Positions 11,601 through 25,341 are shown, counted from the stretch's first letter. The stretch is DNA of 64,000 nt from Endomicrobiales bacterium (GCA_963794945.1 CAWCFT010000001.1:32001-96000); one strand, 5' to 3'. Notes: a model not told the origin generated them from the letters alone. Program-made: numbers and translations.

Positions 11601-14600
11601 AAACACCAGTGAAAGCGGTACCGCCGCTGGCGTCATCATTGCTGAAGGCGAAAGGTTAGTATAAGTTGCCAGCCCGTCCCATGCAACAGCTTCTACTCGT
11701 CCATAGTATGTCGTATTTGGTGTAAGTGATTGATCAAGATCCCCGCCAGCAGACTTCACTGTTGAACTTGAATACACCGTACCGCTGAAATCAGGAGCCG
11801 TTGAAAGCTGAACTATATATACCGTGTTTGGCGGGTTAGCCGTAGTATCTGCCCAAGAAACTGCTATGGCGGTACTTATCACAGTTCCCCATGAAAGGCC
11901 ATTGGGCTGAGCGGTAAGCGTAACAGTTGACACTATGTTCGAGAAAGACACGGGAATTCCCGTGTCTTGGAACGAACGCACCTTGAACCAGTACGTAGTG
12001 TCCGGCATAAGCGAGTAAACTGTGGTAGTAACACTGGTAAGGTTTTGAGCGAATACCACAGGCGTTGAGAAGTTCATAGCGAAATTGTCAGTTGAACAGT
12101 AAACCTCGTAGCTGGTGTTTGGAGGGTTGCCGTTTGATGACCATAACAAAACCGCTGTTGAACCAGTTGTTCCTGTCACAGTAAGCCCCACAGGAGCCAC
12201 AGGTATGGTCATAGTGGTAATAACAGTTGAAAAACCAGATGGATTTCCTGAAGCGTCATAGGCCCTTATCCTGGCATAGTACGTTGTATCAGGCGTCAGG
12301 CTGTAGGCAGTTGTGTTTAAGGCCGTAAACCCGGAAGAAAGGGCTACAGGTGTTGAGAAGTTGGTATTGAAGTTATCCGTTGACAGCGACACCTCATAGC
12401 GGGTATTTGAAGGGTTGCTGTTGGCGCTCCAGGATATAACTGCGCTTGAAATATAAACATTGCTGAACACTGCTATCTGTGGAATCGCAGCTGGTGTTAA
12501 TATCCATGCTGGCGACAAAGATGTTGGTGAAGTTAATCCATCCCCTGATAAAGCCATAACACGGCCATAATACGTTGTATTCGGAATGAGAGGCTGAACT
12601 ATAGCGCCACTCGCAGATTTTATAGTTGAGCTTGAATATATAGTCCCTATAAAATTAGATGCTGTGGACAGTTGCACTATATATGTAGTGTAGCCAGGGT
12701 TATTGGTATTATCTGCCCATGAAACTGCAGCTGATGTGCTTATTATGGCTCCCCATGAAATATTGTTGGGTGCAGCTAGCAAAGTTACAGTAGACACGGT
12801 ATTGGAATAAGCAGAAGGAATCCCGGAATCCTGGAATGCCCTCAGCCTGAACCAGTAGGTGGTGTTAGGCGTCAATGTATAGACTGTGGTAGTTATAGCA
12901 GTAAGGCCTTGAGCGAATACTACCGGCGTGGAAAATACAGTATTGAAATTATCCGATGAATAGTAAACCTCGTATTTGGTGTTTGATGGGTTGCCGTTAG
13001 CGTTCCAGGTCAGGACTGTTGAAGAACTGCTAACAGCACCAGTGGCAAGTAACGTTGGGTTAGCTGCGTAAGTTGTAGTACTGATAGTCGTGCCGAAGGC
13101 TGTCGGGATATTATCAGAATTCATAGCTGAAAGGTTTATAGCAAATGTCGTGTTGGGTGTAAGGCCTGTTATCAAGTTTGATATTGAAGAGGTCCAGGTA
13201 GTGGTTGTGGCATAAACAGCGGCAGCAACAAACGCTCCGCTCGTGTTGAGGTATTTTGTCCAAGCGCCGGCATTCGAGCTTATCTGTATGGCGTAATTCG
13301 TATAGTACGGGTTTGCATCCGTATTAATAGTAAACCCTATAGTAGTGGAAGATACGTTGACTACTGACGGCGCTGGCGGCGTTACTGCCAGTGTCGATGT
13401 TGAATTGTAAATAACCCATGCCGTACTTATCCCGTTATTGTTTATTGCCTGAACTTCGTATTGATAAGTAGTATTCGGGCTGAGCGATGTTGTGTCAAGC
13501 CAATATGTGTTCGATGATGTCAAAGAATTACCTGTGGTGATATTCTTGGCTGTATAAAGTGTTCCCGCTGAATTGCCGTTTACTGTCCAGTTGACATTAA
13601 CAGTCCATGTCGACGTCTGTACAGAAGCCAGCACTGGCGGCATTGCCAGCGTCGATGTCGCGGCCATCATCGCAAATGCCGTGGGTATGTTGTTGATGTT
13701 ATATGCCCTCACGCGCGCGTAGTAAGTAGTATTAGCTGAAAGCGTAACGAGCGACGTGGTAAGTCCCGTAAGATTCGAAGATAGCCATGACGCCGTTGAA
13801 TAATTCGCCACGAAGTTGTCCGTTGAATAAGATACTTCGTATACAGTATATGTCGAATTGCCGTTAGACTGCCAGTTCACTGTCATTGAAGAGGTGTAAA
13901 CATTCCCAACTACAAATGATACAGGCACAGCTGCCAGTGTCGCGCTCGTGACAGAAGTGCTGAAGGCTGTGGGCTTATTGTATTGGTTAATGGCCTGGAC
14001 ACTGTAAGTTAAAGCGACGTTCGTGGACAGGTTCGTTACCCGAACACTGTTTGTCCATGTTGTTGTTGTGTTGTATACCGCCGTTGAACTAAATCCACCT
14101 GTTGGGCTTGCGACATAGCCTGTCCAGATCCCCCCAACATTGGAGCTTACCTGTATCGCGTACTGCGTCCAGTACGGGTTTGTTCCTGGATTGATAGTAA
14201 CTGTTGCGCTCGTTATATATACATTACCCATCGTAAGTGCCGGAGGCACCGCGGCAAGTGTCACGGTAGAACCGAGGCTGACCCAGCTGCTGGCTATACC
14301 TGAATAGTTCTGTGAATTCACCTGGAATTGATAGGTTGTATTAGGAATAAGGCCGGTGCTTATCCGGACATTGTTCATGGTTGTGGAAGAGTTGCCAATA
14401 GTCATATTCTGGGCAGTATAATATGTTCCAGCCGGGTTGCTATTGTTTTGCCAGTTCGCTGTAATGCTTGTCACCCAGACCCCGTAAGCTGAAGCCAGCG
14501 GCGGGTTCGATAACGTTACAGTTGTATACGAAAGGCTGTAGCCGGTAGTAACACCAAGAATGTTTTGGGCAATCGTGCTTATTGTATAAGTCGTGTTCGG

Positions 14601-17600
14601 CGTCAGCGGGTTATTTATCCAGAAAGGCGTGCCCCAGGTTGTAGTTGAAGCGAACATCAGCGTGCTGTTGAATGTCCCGTTAGTATAATTTAGATACTGC
14701 ACTAACGCGGAAGACGATATTTGCACGCCGTACTGCGTATAGTACGGGTTTGCGGGATTGGGCATGACTGTAATGCTTATACTGGATATCTGAACCTGAT
14801 TAACTACCGGCGCCGGCGGCAGCGAGCGCCCACGTGACAGTTGAAACCACGGAAGAATACGCGGAAGATATGCCCGTGGTCTGCTGGAAAGCGCACAGTT
14901 TGAACCAGTATGTTGTATTAGGTGTCAGCAAATATACCGCAGTTGTATTGGCGGTAAAGCCCTGCGCAAGCGCCACCGGCGTCGAAAATATATTAACGAA
15001 ATTGTCCGATGAGCAGTAAAGCTCATACCTAGTATTCGACGGGTTCCCGTTGGCATTCCACGATATCACCGTTGTCGAACTGCTAACAGCGCCTGTAGCA
15101 ATGTTTGATGGTATGGCAGCGTACGTTGCTGTGCTCGCCACTGCGCCGTATACTGTCGGCACAAGGTTCGAGTTCTGTGCCGATATCCCTATTGCGAACG
15201 TCGTGTTAGGCGTCAACCCGTTTATCAACCTTGACGCTGTCCATGTTGTGGTAGTGGCGTAAACGGCCGCGCCTACAAGCGCACCGCTCGTGTTTACATA
15301 ACCTGTCCATCCCCCCCCACGAACTTATCTGTATGGCGTAATTGGTGTAGTAGGGGTTTGCATCGGTATTAATAGCGATGCTTATGCCTGTAGAAGATAC
15401 GTTAACAAGGGAAGGCGCAGGCGGCGTTACAGCGAGCGTTGAAGTGGAATTATAAATAACCCATGCCGTGCTTATGCTGTTATTGTTAATCGCCTGGACT
15501 TCGTACTGATAAGTAGTATTTGGGCTGAGCGAAGTTGTATCCAGCCAATAGGTATTAGATGAGGTCAAAGAATTATTTGTAGTGATATTTTTAGCGGTGT
15601 AAAGTGTTCCAGCGGAATTGCCGTTTGCTGTCCAGTTGACATTAATCGACCAGGTGGATGTCTGGACAGAGCTTAGCACAGGTAAGTTTGCCAGCGTAGA
15701 GGTAGCAGTCATAAGAGCGAAGGCTGTTGGTATGTTGTTGATGTTATATGCCCTGACCCGCGCGTAGTAAGTAGTGTTGGCTGAAAGCGTCACGAGCGAC
15801 GTGGTAAGAGCCGTAAGGTTTGAAGAGAGCCACGAAGCGGTTGAAAAATTAGCCGCGAAGTTGTCAGTTGAATAGGAAACTTCGTATACGGTGTAAGTTG
15901 AATTGCCGTTAGACTGCCAGTTAACAGTCATGGAAGAAGTGTAAACATTGCCAACAACGAAAGATATCGGTACAGCGGCAAGCGTCGCGCTGGTGACAGA
16001 GGTGCTGAAGGCTGTAGGCTTATTATATTGGTTAATAGCCTGTACACTGTACGTGAACGCTACGTTCGTTGACAGGTTTGTTACCCATACACTGCTTGTC
16101 CATGTAGTTGTTGTGTTGTATACCGCCGTTGAGCTAAATCCGCCTGTAGGGCTTGCTACGTAACCTGTCCACGCGCCGCTTGCAGAGCTTACCTGAATGG
16201 CATACTGCGTCCAGTAGGGGTTAGTTCCTGTATTAATAGTAACTGCCGCGCTTGTTATGAATACTCCTCCCATTAGGGGAGCTGGTGGCACAGCGGCAAG
16301 TGTTACAGTAGAGCCGAGGCTGACCCAGCTGCTTGCTGTACCTGCATAGTTCTGTGAATTAACCTGGAACTGATAAGTGGTATTGGGAACAAGGCCGGTG
16401 CTTATCCGAGACATTGTACAGTGTTGTGGAAGAAGCGCCAATGGTCATGTTCTGGGCTGTATAATATGTGCCCGCTGGGTTGCCGTTGTTTTGCCAGTTA
16501 GCCGTGATACTCGTTATCCATACGCCGTAAGCAGAGGCCAGAGGCGGGTTAGAGAGTGTCACAGTAGTCGCGATTACGCTGTAGCTGGTCTGAACTCCGT
16601 TCAGATTTTCAGCAACAACACCGATATTAAAAGTAGTGTTAGGCGTAAGAGGGCCGGCCGAGGTGTACGTGTTCCATGCTGCGGTAGAAGCAAAAACCAG
16701 TGAAAAGCCCAGCGCGCCGGAAGTGTTGAGATACTGGGTTGGCCCTGAGGAAGTGAAAGCAACGGCGTATTGGGTGTAATACGGGTTTGAGGGATTTGGT
16801 AAGACAGTAATACTCATGCTGGAATTGACAACCTGATTGATAAGAGGCATCGGAGGCACAGCTGCAAGCGTTGTGCTGATCGCTGTAGACCAGGCGGTAT
16901 TGCGATTGTAAATATCAGTCGATTTAACCTGGTAAGCATAGGTTGTGTTTGGAGTAAGCCCAGTGACACCGCCGGTATCTATCCATGTTGTCAACATGGT
17001 AGTAGACGATGCCCCGAACGTAGTATCAGAAGATGTATAGGAGGTATAGGGCGGGTTGCCGTTCAGCCGCCCAGGTTACTGTAATACTGGTCTGGTTCAT
17101 TGTAAACGGCATAAAAGTAGGCTGCGCGGCATAGGTTATTGAGCTAACAATATTTGAGAATTGTGAAGGCACTCCGTCCAGGTTGAACGGCCTGATCTTG
17201 AACCACCAAGTAGTATTCGGCTGGAGCGAGTAGACCGCGGTTGTTAACGCAGTAAGGCCGCTGGTATATACAATCGGTGTGGAATAATTCAGGTTAAATC
17301 CATCAGTAGAGCTGTAGACCTCATAACGTGTATTAGCCGGGTTTGATGTTGCCCAGCTAATTGTCCCTGAAGTCACAAGAATACTGCCTAAAGATAAAAC
17401 AGTGTCGGACAGCGCTAATGTTGTTGTGGTCACCGTAGAGCTGTACGCGGTAATATTTCCGGCTGTATTGATAGCTCTGACCTTATAAGTATAAGAAGTA
17501 TTCGTTGAAAGGCCCACGGCATAGATGTTACCGGAACCTGACCAGGAAGTTGTTGTCAGGAAGACTTCAGAGCCGAATGGAAGGCCGCTGCCTGTACAAT

Positions 17601-20600
17601 AAGATGTCCATGCGCCGCTTGCCGATGAAATGTAAATGGAGTATTGCGTCCAGTACGGGTTGCTGCCGGTATTAATAGTAATGCTCATGCTTGAGGTAGT
17701 TACATTGCTTATTGAAGGCACAGGCGGCGCCTGCGCCAGTGTTACCGTAGTGCCTAGCACAGCCCAACCTGTAGCTCTTTGCGCGTAGTTTACCGCCTGC
17801 ACCTGGTAGGTGTATGTAGTATTAGGTGTAAGGCCTGAGTGAAGCCATTGGGCCAGAAGAGTTGTTGAAGAGCCGTGCGTAGTATATGTTTCAGTAGCAA
17901 TATAAACGGTTCCTGAGGGGTTTCCGTTAGCCAGCCAGTTAGGCGTTACGCTTGTTATATAGACGTTAAATCCGGAGGCAGTCGGGATAGCGGCTAAAGT
18001 TGGCGTGGAGAACGCCGCGCTGTAAGACGTGGCCACGCCTAACGTATTTTGCCCGACAGCGCTGAATGTGTATGTGGTATTCGGCAATAGGTTAAGCACC
18101 CAGGTTGCCGCTGTCCATGTAGCGGTTGAAAAATACTGCGCGCTCGCGCCGTATACGCCGCTGGTGCTCAAGTAATTTGTCCATCCGCCAGCGGATGATA
18201 TCTGCAGGGCGTAAGCTGTATAATACGGGTTATTGGCTCCGGGCAGAACGCTAACGCTCATGCTTGAAAGGTCAACTTCGTTCAATACCGGCTGTAAAGG
18301 AGCGTTGGCAAGGGTTTCAATTGTGGTTGAGATAATCACGGTGCTGAAACCGTTATTGCCTACGGCTTTTACCTGATACTGATAAGTTGTATTTGGCGTA
18401 AGGCCGCCGTTTGCCCAGGACTGCGCTATGGTGCTTGTGGACGCCGAGTTTGTTATATTCGTTGCGGAGTAAACTGTACCTGCCGGGTTTCCGTTGGCCT
18501 GCCAGCCAATTGTAGCGGTGCCGGCAAGAATTGTAAAAGAAGTAAATGAAGGCGTTATAGCATAAGTGGTTGTTGAAACCGTTGGAGAATAAGCCGCAGG
18601 AATGCCATCATTATTGAAAGGCCGCAACCTGAACCAGTATGTGGTGTTAGCCTGCAGAGAAATAAGAGTTGTAGTAGTAGCTGTAAATCCGCTCGCAAGA
18701 GCTATTGGAGTTGAAAAATTCGCCGCGAAATTGTCAGTTGATTCATAAACTTCAAAACGGGTATTTGAGGGGTCTGAGGACGCCCATGAAATGGAAGACG
18801 TTGAAATGTAGACAGAGTTAACTGTCAAACCGGCAACCGGTATCGCCAAGGTCGCGGATGAAACAGAAGCGCCGTATGCAGTTTGAACGCCTGACATATT
18901 CTGAGCGCTCACACTGAACGTGTACGCGGTATTGGTTGATAAACCAGTTACCCATATCGTTCCAGAGCCGGACCAGCTTGAAGTTGACTGGTAAACAGGG
19001 ACCCCACTTAACCCCATATTATTGCCCGCTACATACCCGGACCAGCCAGAAGAAGAAATTTGAATGGCGTATTTGGTAGGGAATGGGTCTGAGCCCAGAG
19101 AAATGCTCACGGAAATGCTTGTAACCGCTACCGCCGGAATAGATGGCGCGGGAGGCACTGCCGCCAGAGTTACTGTTGTCCCAAGTGTTGTCCAGCTTGT
19201 CGGTAAACCATTTGAATTCGATGCCTGCACTATGTAAGTATATGATGTATTGGGTGTCAGCCCCGTCTCGATCCATGCACTTAAGATAGTTGAACTTGAA
19301 ACCAATGAAACAGTGTCCGACGAGTTATAAACTGTCCCGGCCGGGTTGCCGTTTGTCCCCCAGTTTGCCGTGATACTGGTAGTATTGACTGTAAACGGCA
19401 GAGGCGTAGGAGGCGCGGCCGCTGTTACAGTGCTTATCTGAGCGGAATACGCTGTAATAACATTATCAAGGTTCATTGCGCTGATACTAAATAAATAAGT
19501 TGTATTAGGTATCAGGCCAATTGAAAGCACATTACCCCATGTAGTAGTGGTTTGATATACAGGTGTTGAGGCAAGTGTGTAGTTCGCCTGAGTCCAGAGC
19601 TGGCTGTTGGCGCTGGATACCTGTATAGCGTAACGAGTATTTGTTGGGTTAGAGGCAGTATTTATCGCAAGCACAGCAGTAGTGCTTGAAACAGAGATAA
19701 GCATAGGCGTTCCAGGCACTCCGGCAAGCGTATGAGTACTTACTACTGAAGAATAAGATGTCGGGATTGACTGGTAGTTAAACGCGCATACCTGAAAATA
19801 ATAGGTCGTATCGGTTGAAAGGCTGCCTGTGGTATACTGAAGCAGAGGGCCGGTATACGCTGTAACCCAATGGCTATTGTCCAGCGACTGCTGAATCTGG
19901 TATATGGTTCCGGCCGAGTTGTTATTTGCCTGCCAGCTTAGTGATATCGCGCTGGTTGACACAGAAACGAAGCTCAATGAAGTAGGCACAGCCGCCAGCG
20001 TAACAGTACTTACGACAGAAGTGTAGGCTGTATAAACATCAGTTGAATTCAAAGCTGTGTTCCTCGCGCGAATCTTATAGAAATAAGTAGTGTTTGGGAA
20101 TAAGCCCTGGGTGTCAGTAAAAGTCGTGCTTGAAAGGCCGACTTTTAAGTCCCAGCTTAGGCCGTCAACTGATTCATCAACTTCATAATTTGTCCATGGG
20201 GGGTTGCCGTCGGGATCCCAGGAAAGCGATAGGGAATTGGTGCCAGCCGAGGTAAACTGCAGGTTTACTGGAGCGGTCGCAAGCGTTGTGCCGTACGACA
20301 TACTGGAGTAACTTGAATACGTTCCGTATACATCTTGAGACCTGATACGGTAGAAATAGCAAGTGTTAGGAGAGATGCCTGCCGTTGTAAACGATAAAAG
20401 TGTCCCTGTGTATATATTAGACCAGTTAGTAGTATTTACAGATGACTGTTCAAGGTCAAATATAGTGCCCGGCGGATTGGTTGATGTCCACGATACCGAT
20501 ATTGAACTGACAGCTACAAAATTGAGGGTTGGTGTGTTCGGTACGCTGGTTTTCGTTGTTGACGAGCCGAAAGTGGACCAGGATGTCTGAACACCGGCTA

Positions 20601-23600
20601 CGTTTTGCGCCTTGCCCCTGAAATAATAAACGGTATTTGGTATAAGCCCGGTAGCGTTCCATGTGTATGATGTTATCCATCCGGAACTCGAGACAGCGAC
20701 TCCTCCTGCCGAAATACTTGAAGCTTCAACGTAAAATTGTGTTCCCGAAGGATTGGTGTTCGCGAACCAGGTTGGCACCAAATTAGTTGCGTTAATATTG
20801 GATATCTGGTTAACAAGCGGCAGCGCCGCGTTAGTAAATGTAGTTGAGCTTGTACTTGTTGGAGAAGCATTGCCGAAAGTATCAGCCGCTGTCACCATGG
20901 CAGTGTATGACGTATTGGGCGTAAGCCCCGTATAGGTGTAGGTAGATGACGCTATCCATCCCGAGTTCCCTGCTGTTCCGGTAAAGTCGTATAACACGCC
21001 GCTGGTATCAGTTTGAGGCACGGCCGTCCAGGTTATATTGGTTGAAGATATGGCGATAATACTTTGCAAAACAGAGTTAATGCCATTGGAAGGAGGCTGG
21101 TTGTAAACACTAAACTGCCCGGACACTGTGCTCATAGACAGCAGATAATCGTTCACCGTAACGCTCGTGTAAACAGTGTTATAAATAGTGTTTGGAAGCG
21201 ATGTGGTTGACTGCCATACAATCGTTAATGTATTAGTAGTATATGTGATAATCTGCTGGCTGGCCAGGTCGCCTACCTGAAAGGCTCCTGAATTGTTAAC
21301 TGCGGGACTTCCCCCAGTATCATTGTACGCAGCAGTCGAGATTAATATCTGAGCTTTAGTCCATGGGCCGGTGGCGCTTGTCGTAGAAAAATAAACGTTG
21401 ACGCGGCATTTCTTTTGTTCAATATCTGAAATAGACAGCGGAATGGTGATTCTCCCGTCTCCTGTGGTTCCCTCGTATGGGAGCGCGGTGTAAGCCGCAA
21501 CAGGACCAACCTCACTGCCGTAACCGTTAAAAGCGGCCGACGAATACGCAAGTGTCAGTGTATTGCCGTAAAGATCCTGCACATTGGTAGATACAAACAC
21601 AACATACGGAGCGCTCGATGTTTGAGGGCCTGTATACATTGTAAACGAATATCCATTTATATCATAGGCGGCGGCCGAACTGACCGAAAGCCCGGCTACA
21701 GTATAGTTTGCTGAATCTGTTGCGCTTGCCAATGTGGAAGTGCTTGTATCAACAAGATTATCGCTAAATGTCAGCACAACGCTTGTTGGATTTTCCGCCA
21801 CGGCGCTTATGAGATGAGGCCCGACAGTATCAAAGTTTATAGTGAAAGTGCTTGCCGAAGAACTTGGCACTCCATCCGGATTGAGGGCAACAACCTGAAA
21901 ATAAAAATTCATGCCAATCTGATTTGTCAGGTCAGCGCACGCAAGCCCCAAATTGGTCCCGTCCCAGAGTGTTCCGTTGGAGGCGATGTAGCCGGCGCTA
22001 TTAGTGCTTGTGCCCCATATATAGCGGAAATTTGTGTAATAAGCCGTCGGAGTGGAAATAAAAACAACTGAAGGATTATTCGAGCGGCCGTTGTTAGTCT
22101 GGCCTGACAGGCATTGTATCACTGGGTTACTCGGCAATACCATGTTAACGCCTAAATAGGTTGGAGCGGTAGGTATTGGGCTGCCGTTTTGAGCCTTTAC
22201 CTGCATATAATATGATGTGAACGGTGTCAGGCCGCCGAATGTATAGGCTGAAATACCAGTCTGCCAGTTTGAAGATGACTGAATAACTGCAAATGAAAGA
22301 GAAGTAGATAGATCAACTTCGTACTGTGTAGCAGATGGATTAACCCCGGTTGCCCAGCTGGCAGTTATCTGGGATGTTGAGATTGGCGTAGGCGTTTGCG
22401 CCCCCGGAGCTTGAGCAAGCGTGTAAGTGCTGCTTTGGGCTGAAAAACCTGTGTCTACCTGCTGAAGATTCATCGCGTCAACAGCAAAGCCGTATTGAAT
22501 GTTTGGGTTAAGATTAGGCATGACAATCGGGCTTCCCCATGTTGAGATACTCTGATAAACAGCTCCTGAATAAAACATACTGTTACCAAGCGATTTATCC
22601 TGCAGTAAATAATAAGTGTTTCCGCCGCTCAGGACCTCGATACCGTAGAGCGTTCCCGCAGAATTTCCGTTCGTATTTATAGTAAGAGAAATAGACGTAC
22701 TGCTGGGTGAAGTAAGCGAGGCTACACTCGCCATTGAAGCGTACGTTGAAGTATCTATAACATCAGTGTAGAAACTGTAAGCCCCTGTCAGGCCCTGCGC
22801 GCGGGCTCTGTAATAATAAAGAGTATTTGGGCTGAGACCGGCTGTGGTAAAAGCAAGAAGCGGGCCTGTATATATGCTTGCCCAGTTAACATTGTCGGCC
22901 GAGCCTTCCAGGTCGTAATTAGTCAGAGGGCTGTTGCTGTTGGGGTCCCAGCTGATCGAAACTGAACCGCTGGAAACGGAAACAGTTGTCAGATACTGTG
23001 GATAGTTTACCGCTGTAGCGACACTGTTAAGCGCTGAAAAGGTTGTTATCGCGTTTACAGAGTTCATTGCCTGAGCTTTGAAATAATATGTAGTGTTGGG
23101 GATCAGTCCGGAGAAAATATAGTTGTTATTAGTCATCCAGGAACTCGAACCCGCAATTACGCCGAACGCAGGATCTGTGGATGCTTCTACATTATATAAG
23201 GTGCCGCTGGGGTTATTGAATGTTCCAAGGAAAACACTGATCCTTTGTGTTTCAATGAACAGGTATGAAGCAACCACAGGTATCTGAGCGCTGGTGCAGG
23301 TGCTTATATATGATGAATAGGCAGTTTGCCTGCCCAGATAATCCATCGCGGCTACTGCAAAATAATAGGTAGCATTCACCTGTAGGTTCGCGGCGTTTAT
23401 GGTGGTTCCTCCCCATGTTTGTGTGGATTGAAACACCGCAGTCGAGCCAGGTGTACCGTTTGCCTGTAAGTAGTAGGTGGTACCTTGATATAATAATTCA
23501 ACCGCATATAAGGTACCGGCTGGGTTGCCGTTGCTTTGTATGCCAACGCTTATGCTGTTGGAACTGACGCTGACAATTGAAGGCGTAACAGCCGCCGCAT

Positions 23601-25191
23601 ACGTCAGAACTCCAGCTAACGATGACGAACTCATGTTTGCGCCGTTAAATGCTTCAACATAATTATAGTATGTTGTATTTGGAGCGAGCCCGCCTTCAAC
23701 CCAAGTTGTGGTATTTGAAGCCAGTGTGGAAGAAACCTGGCCAGAAGTTGAAGAGTAGACCTGGTAGCCGCTTGCCCCAATGGAATTCTGCCATTGCCAG
23801 ATGATTGAACCCGTAGACAGCACGGTGCCGGTAAAACCAGCGGGCACTGGAGGATTGCCTGTGTATTCATACGCTCCGATGTCGGGCAGGCTTATTCTGG
23901 CAATGCCTCTCTGGTCAATAGACGGAATAGAAACCGGGCCGTTTGCCGCGGCGTTGCCCGCGTTAGTGGCAACACTGCCTGCTGAAAGCGCTAGGGTCTG
24001 AGTGCCGTTTAAGGAGCCGTTAAGCGCAAGGGAACCGCTAAGGTTAAGGTTCTGCTGGACTCCGGTTATATCTCCTGTGCCTAAAAATGTGTAGCCGTTT
24101 GTTGATACTACAATATTATAGCCGTTATCAACAACGGTTCCGGCGCTATACCTAAAGTCATATTGAGTATTATTGGCAAGCAATGAATTCTTGATATATA
24201 GAATGCTGGCAGTATCCTCAAAAACGGCTCCTGGCGTTGTCGTGGCGGCATTGCTTGCTATTGTATCATTGGTCAGGTAAAGAATATCGTTATAATTATA
24301 TATACCTCCGCCTGATGTGGAAGCTGTATTGCCGAATATGGTGCAATTAGTTATATAGCAGCTGCCGTAGTTAAAGCAAATGCCGCCGCCCCTGCTGCCT
24401 GAAGCGTTGTTGTTTATAATTGTATTTGTTATATTCCCGAAACCTGTAGATGATGAAATATATATACCGCCGCCATCACTTGTAGATGTATTGTTCGAGA
24501 CAGTGCAGCTGCTCATTGTTACTGTTGTAGTAGATAAGTAAATCGCTCCGCCCTGGTAGCCTGAATTGTTATTAAAGACAGAATTCAGAATTGAAACTGA
24601 AGCCGCGCTGCTGACGAATAAAGCTCCGCCGCCGTAAGAAGCTGAGGTGCACTGGTTGGAATTAAACGAGCAGCTGCTTATCGTCAGGTTTCCCATGTTG
24701 TATGCGTAGACCGCACCGCCATAGGTGGCTTTTGAACCGCTTATTGCGCAGTTATTCAGTGTGATATTGCCGCTCGCAGTGCTTATATAAACGGCGGCGC
24801 CTGCGCTTGACGCACAGTTTCCGCCCAGTATAGTCATATTCTGAAGCGTGACCGTTTTACCTGAGGCCGGGGGCGCTATGAAAAGTTGTATGTTGGTTGT
24901 TCCAGGTGTAGTTACTTTAATAGTGACGGGGGTACCGCTTCCGGCAGTATTAGAACCATCGATCGTGACCGTATTAGTGCTTAAAGTCAATGAAGACAAT
25001 AATGTTATAGTTTCATTACCGGCAGAGAGGCTGAAATTTATAGAATCGCCGTCAGCATAGTTTGTGGTGGCCGCGCGCAGAGAACCACCGCCGCTGTCGG
25101 CATTAGTATTAACTGTCCATGTTGTGGCTTGCGCTAAGGAACTGAAAAAAAGAAAGAAGGTAAGAGAGATAAGAAATTTATGGAAAGCCAT
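8654..25191 (-). CDS. Giant (~5,500 aa) Ser/Thr-rich surface protein with a beta-helix-like head, ~46 FN3-like repeats, DxxGDG motifs and a T9SS/FlgD-Ig-like C-terminal domain; split into six ORFs by apparent frameshifts
   Basis: Six collinear ORFs (17026-25191, 16359-16997, 15206-16441, 14800-15228, 8970-14765, 8654-9013) continue the same repeat register. Signal peptide at the start. GGA(I/V)/N-rich beta-helix repeats end in DQRG...PDIGAYE. About 46 L-x-P-N-T-T-Y-type motifs counted by eye. C-terminus PNPFNP...IDIYDIAGEKV...WNG...GVYIV...KLAIIK. Confidence 0.8.
12785..16860 (-). repeat. Tandem intragenic duplication, two units of ~2.04 kb (7 FN3 domains each)
   Basis: Blocks such as LSNPPLASAYGVW, YVASPTGGFSSTAVYNTTTTWT and WLDTTSLSPNTTYQYEVQAINNN occur twice, about 2,040 bp apart. 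Confidence 0.85.
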
Positions 25192-25312
25192 AAGGTTTAA
25201 AGTTTAAATTCGTTTTAAAGGCATAGCTAAAATTAAAAAAGCACTGTATTTTAAAGTATCTATTTACAAAACTTTAAACAAATAAAAAAATTACCTGTAA
25301 TATTGCGTAACC

Positions 25313-25341
25313 AGTATACTATTTTAAGTTTCTAGTGTCAA
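25313..25341 (-). promoter_or_regulatory. sigma70-type promoter of the giant surface-protein gene
   Basis: TTGACA-17 nt-TATACT on the minus strand, about 120 nt upstream of the ATG. Confidence 0.7.

Noticed and set aside
8970..25191. Repeats in the giant gene as a CRISPR array or a diversity-generating retroelement template/variable pair
   Set aside because: The repeats are protein-domain length and differ mainly at synonymous sites, not specifically at adenines. No cas or reverse transcriptase gene is present.
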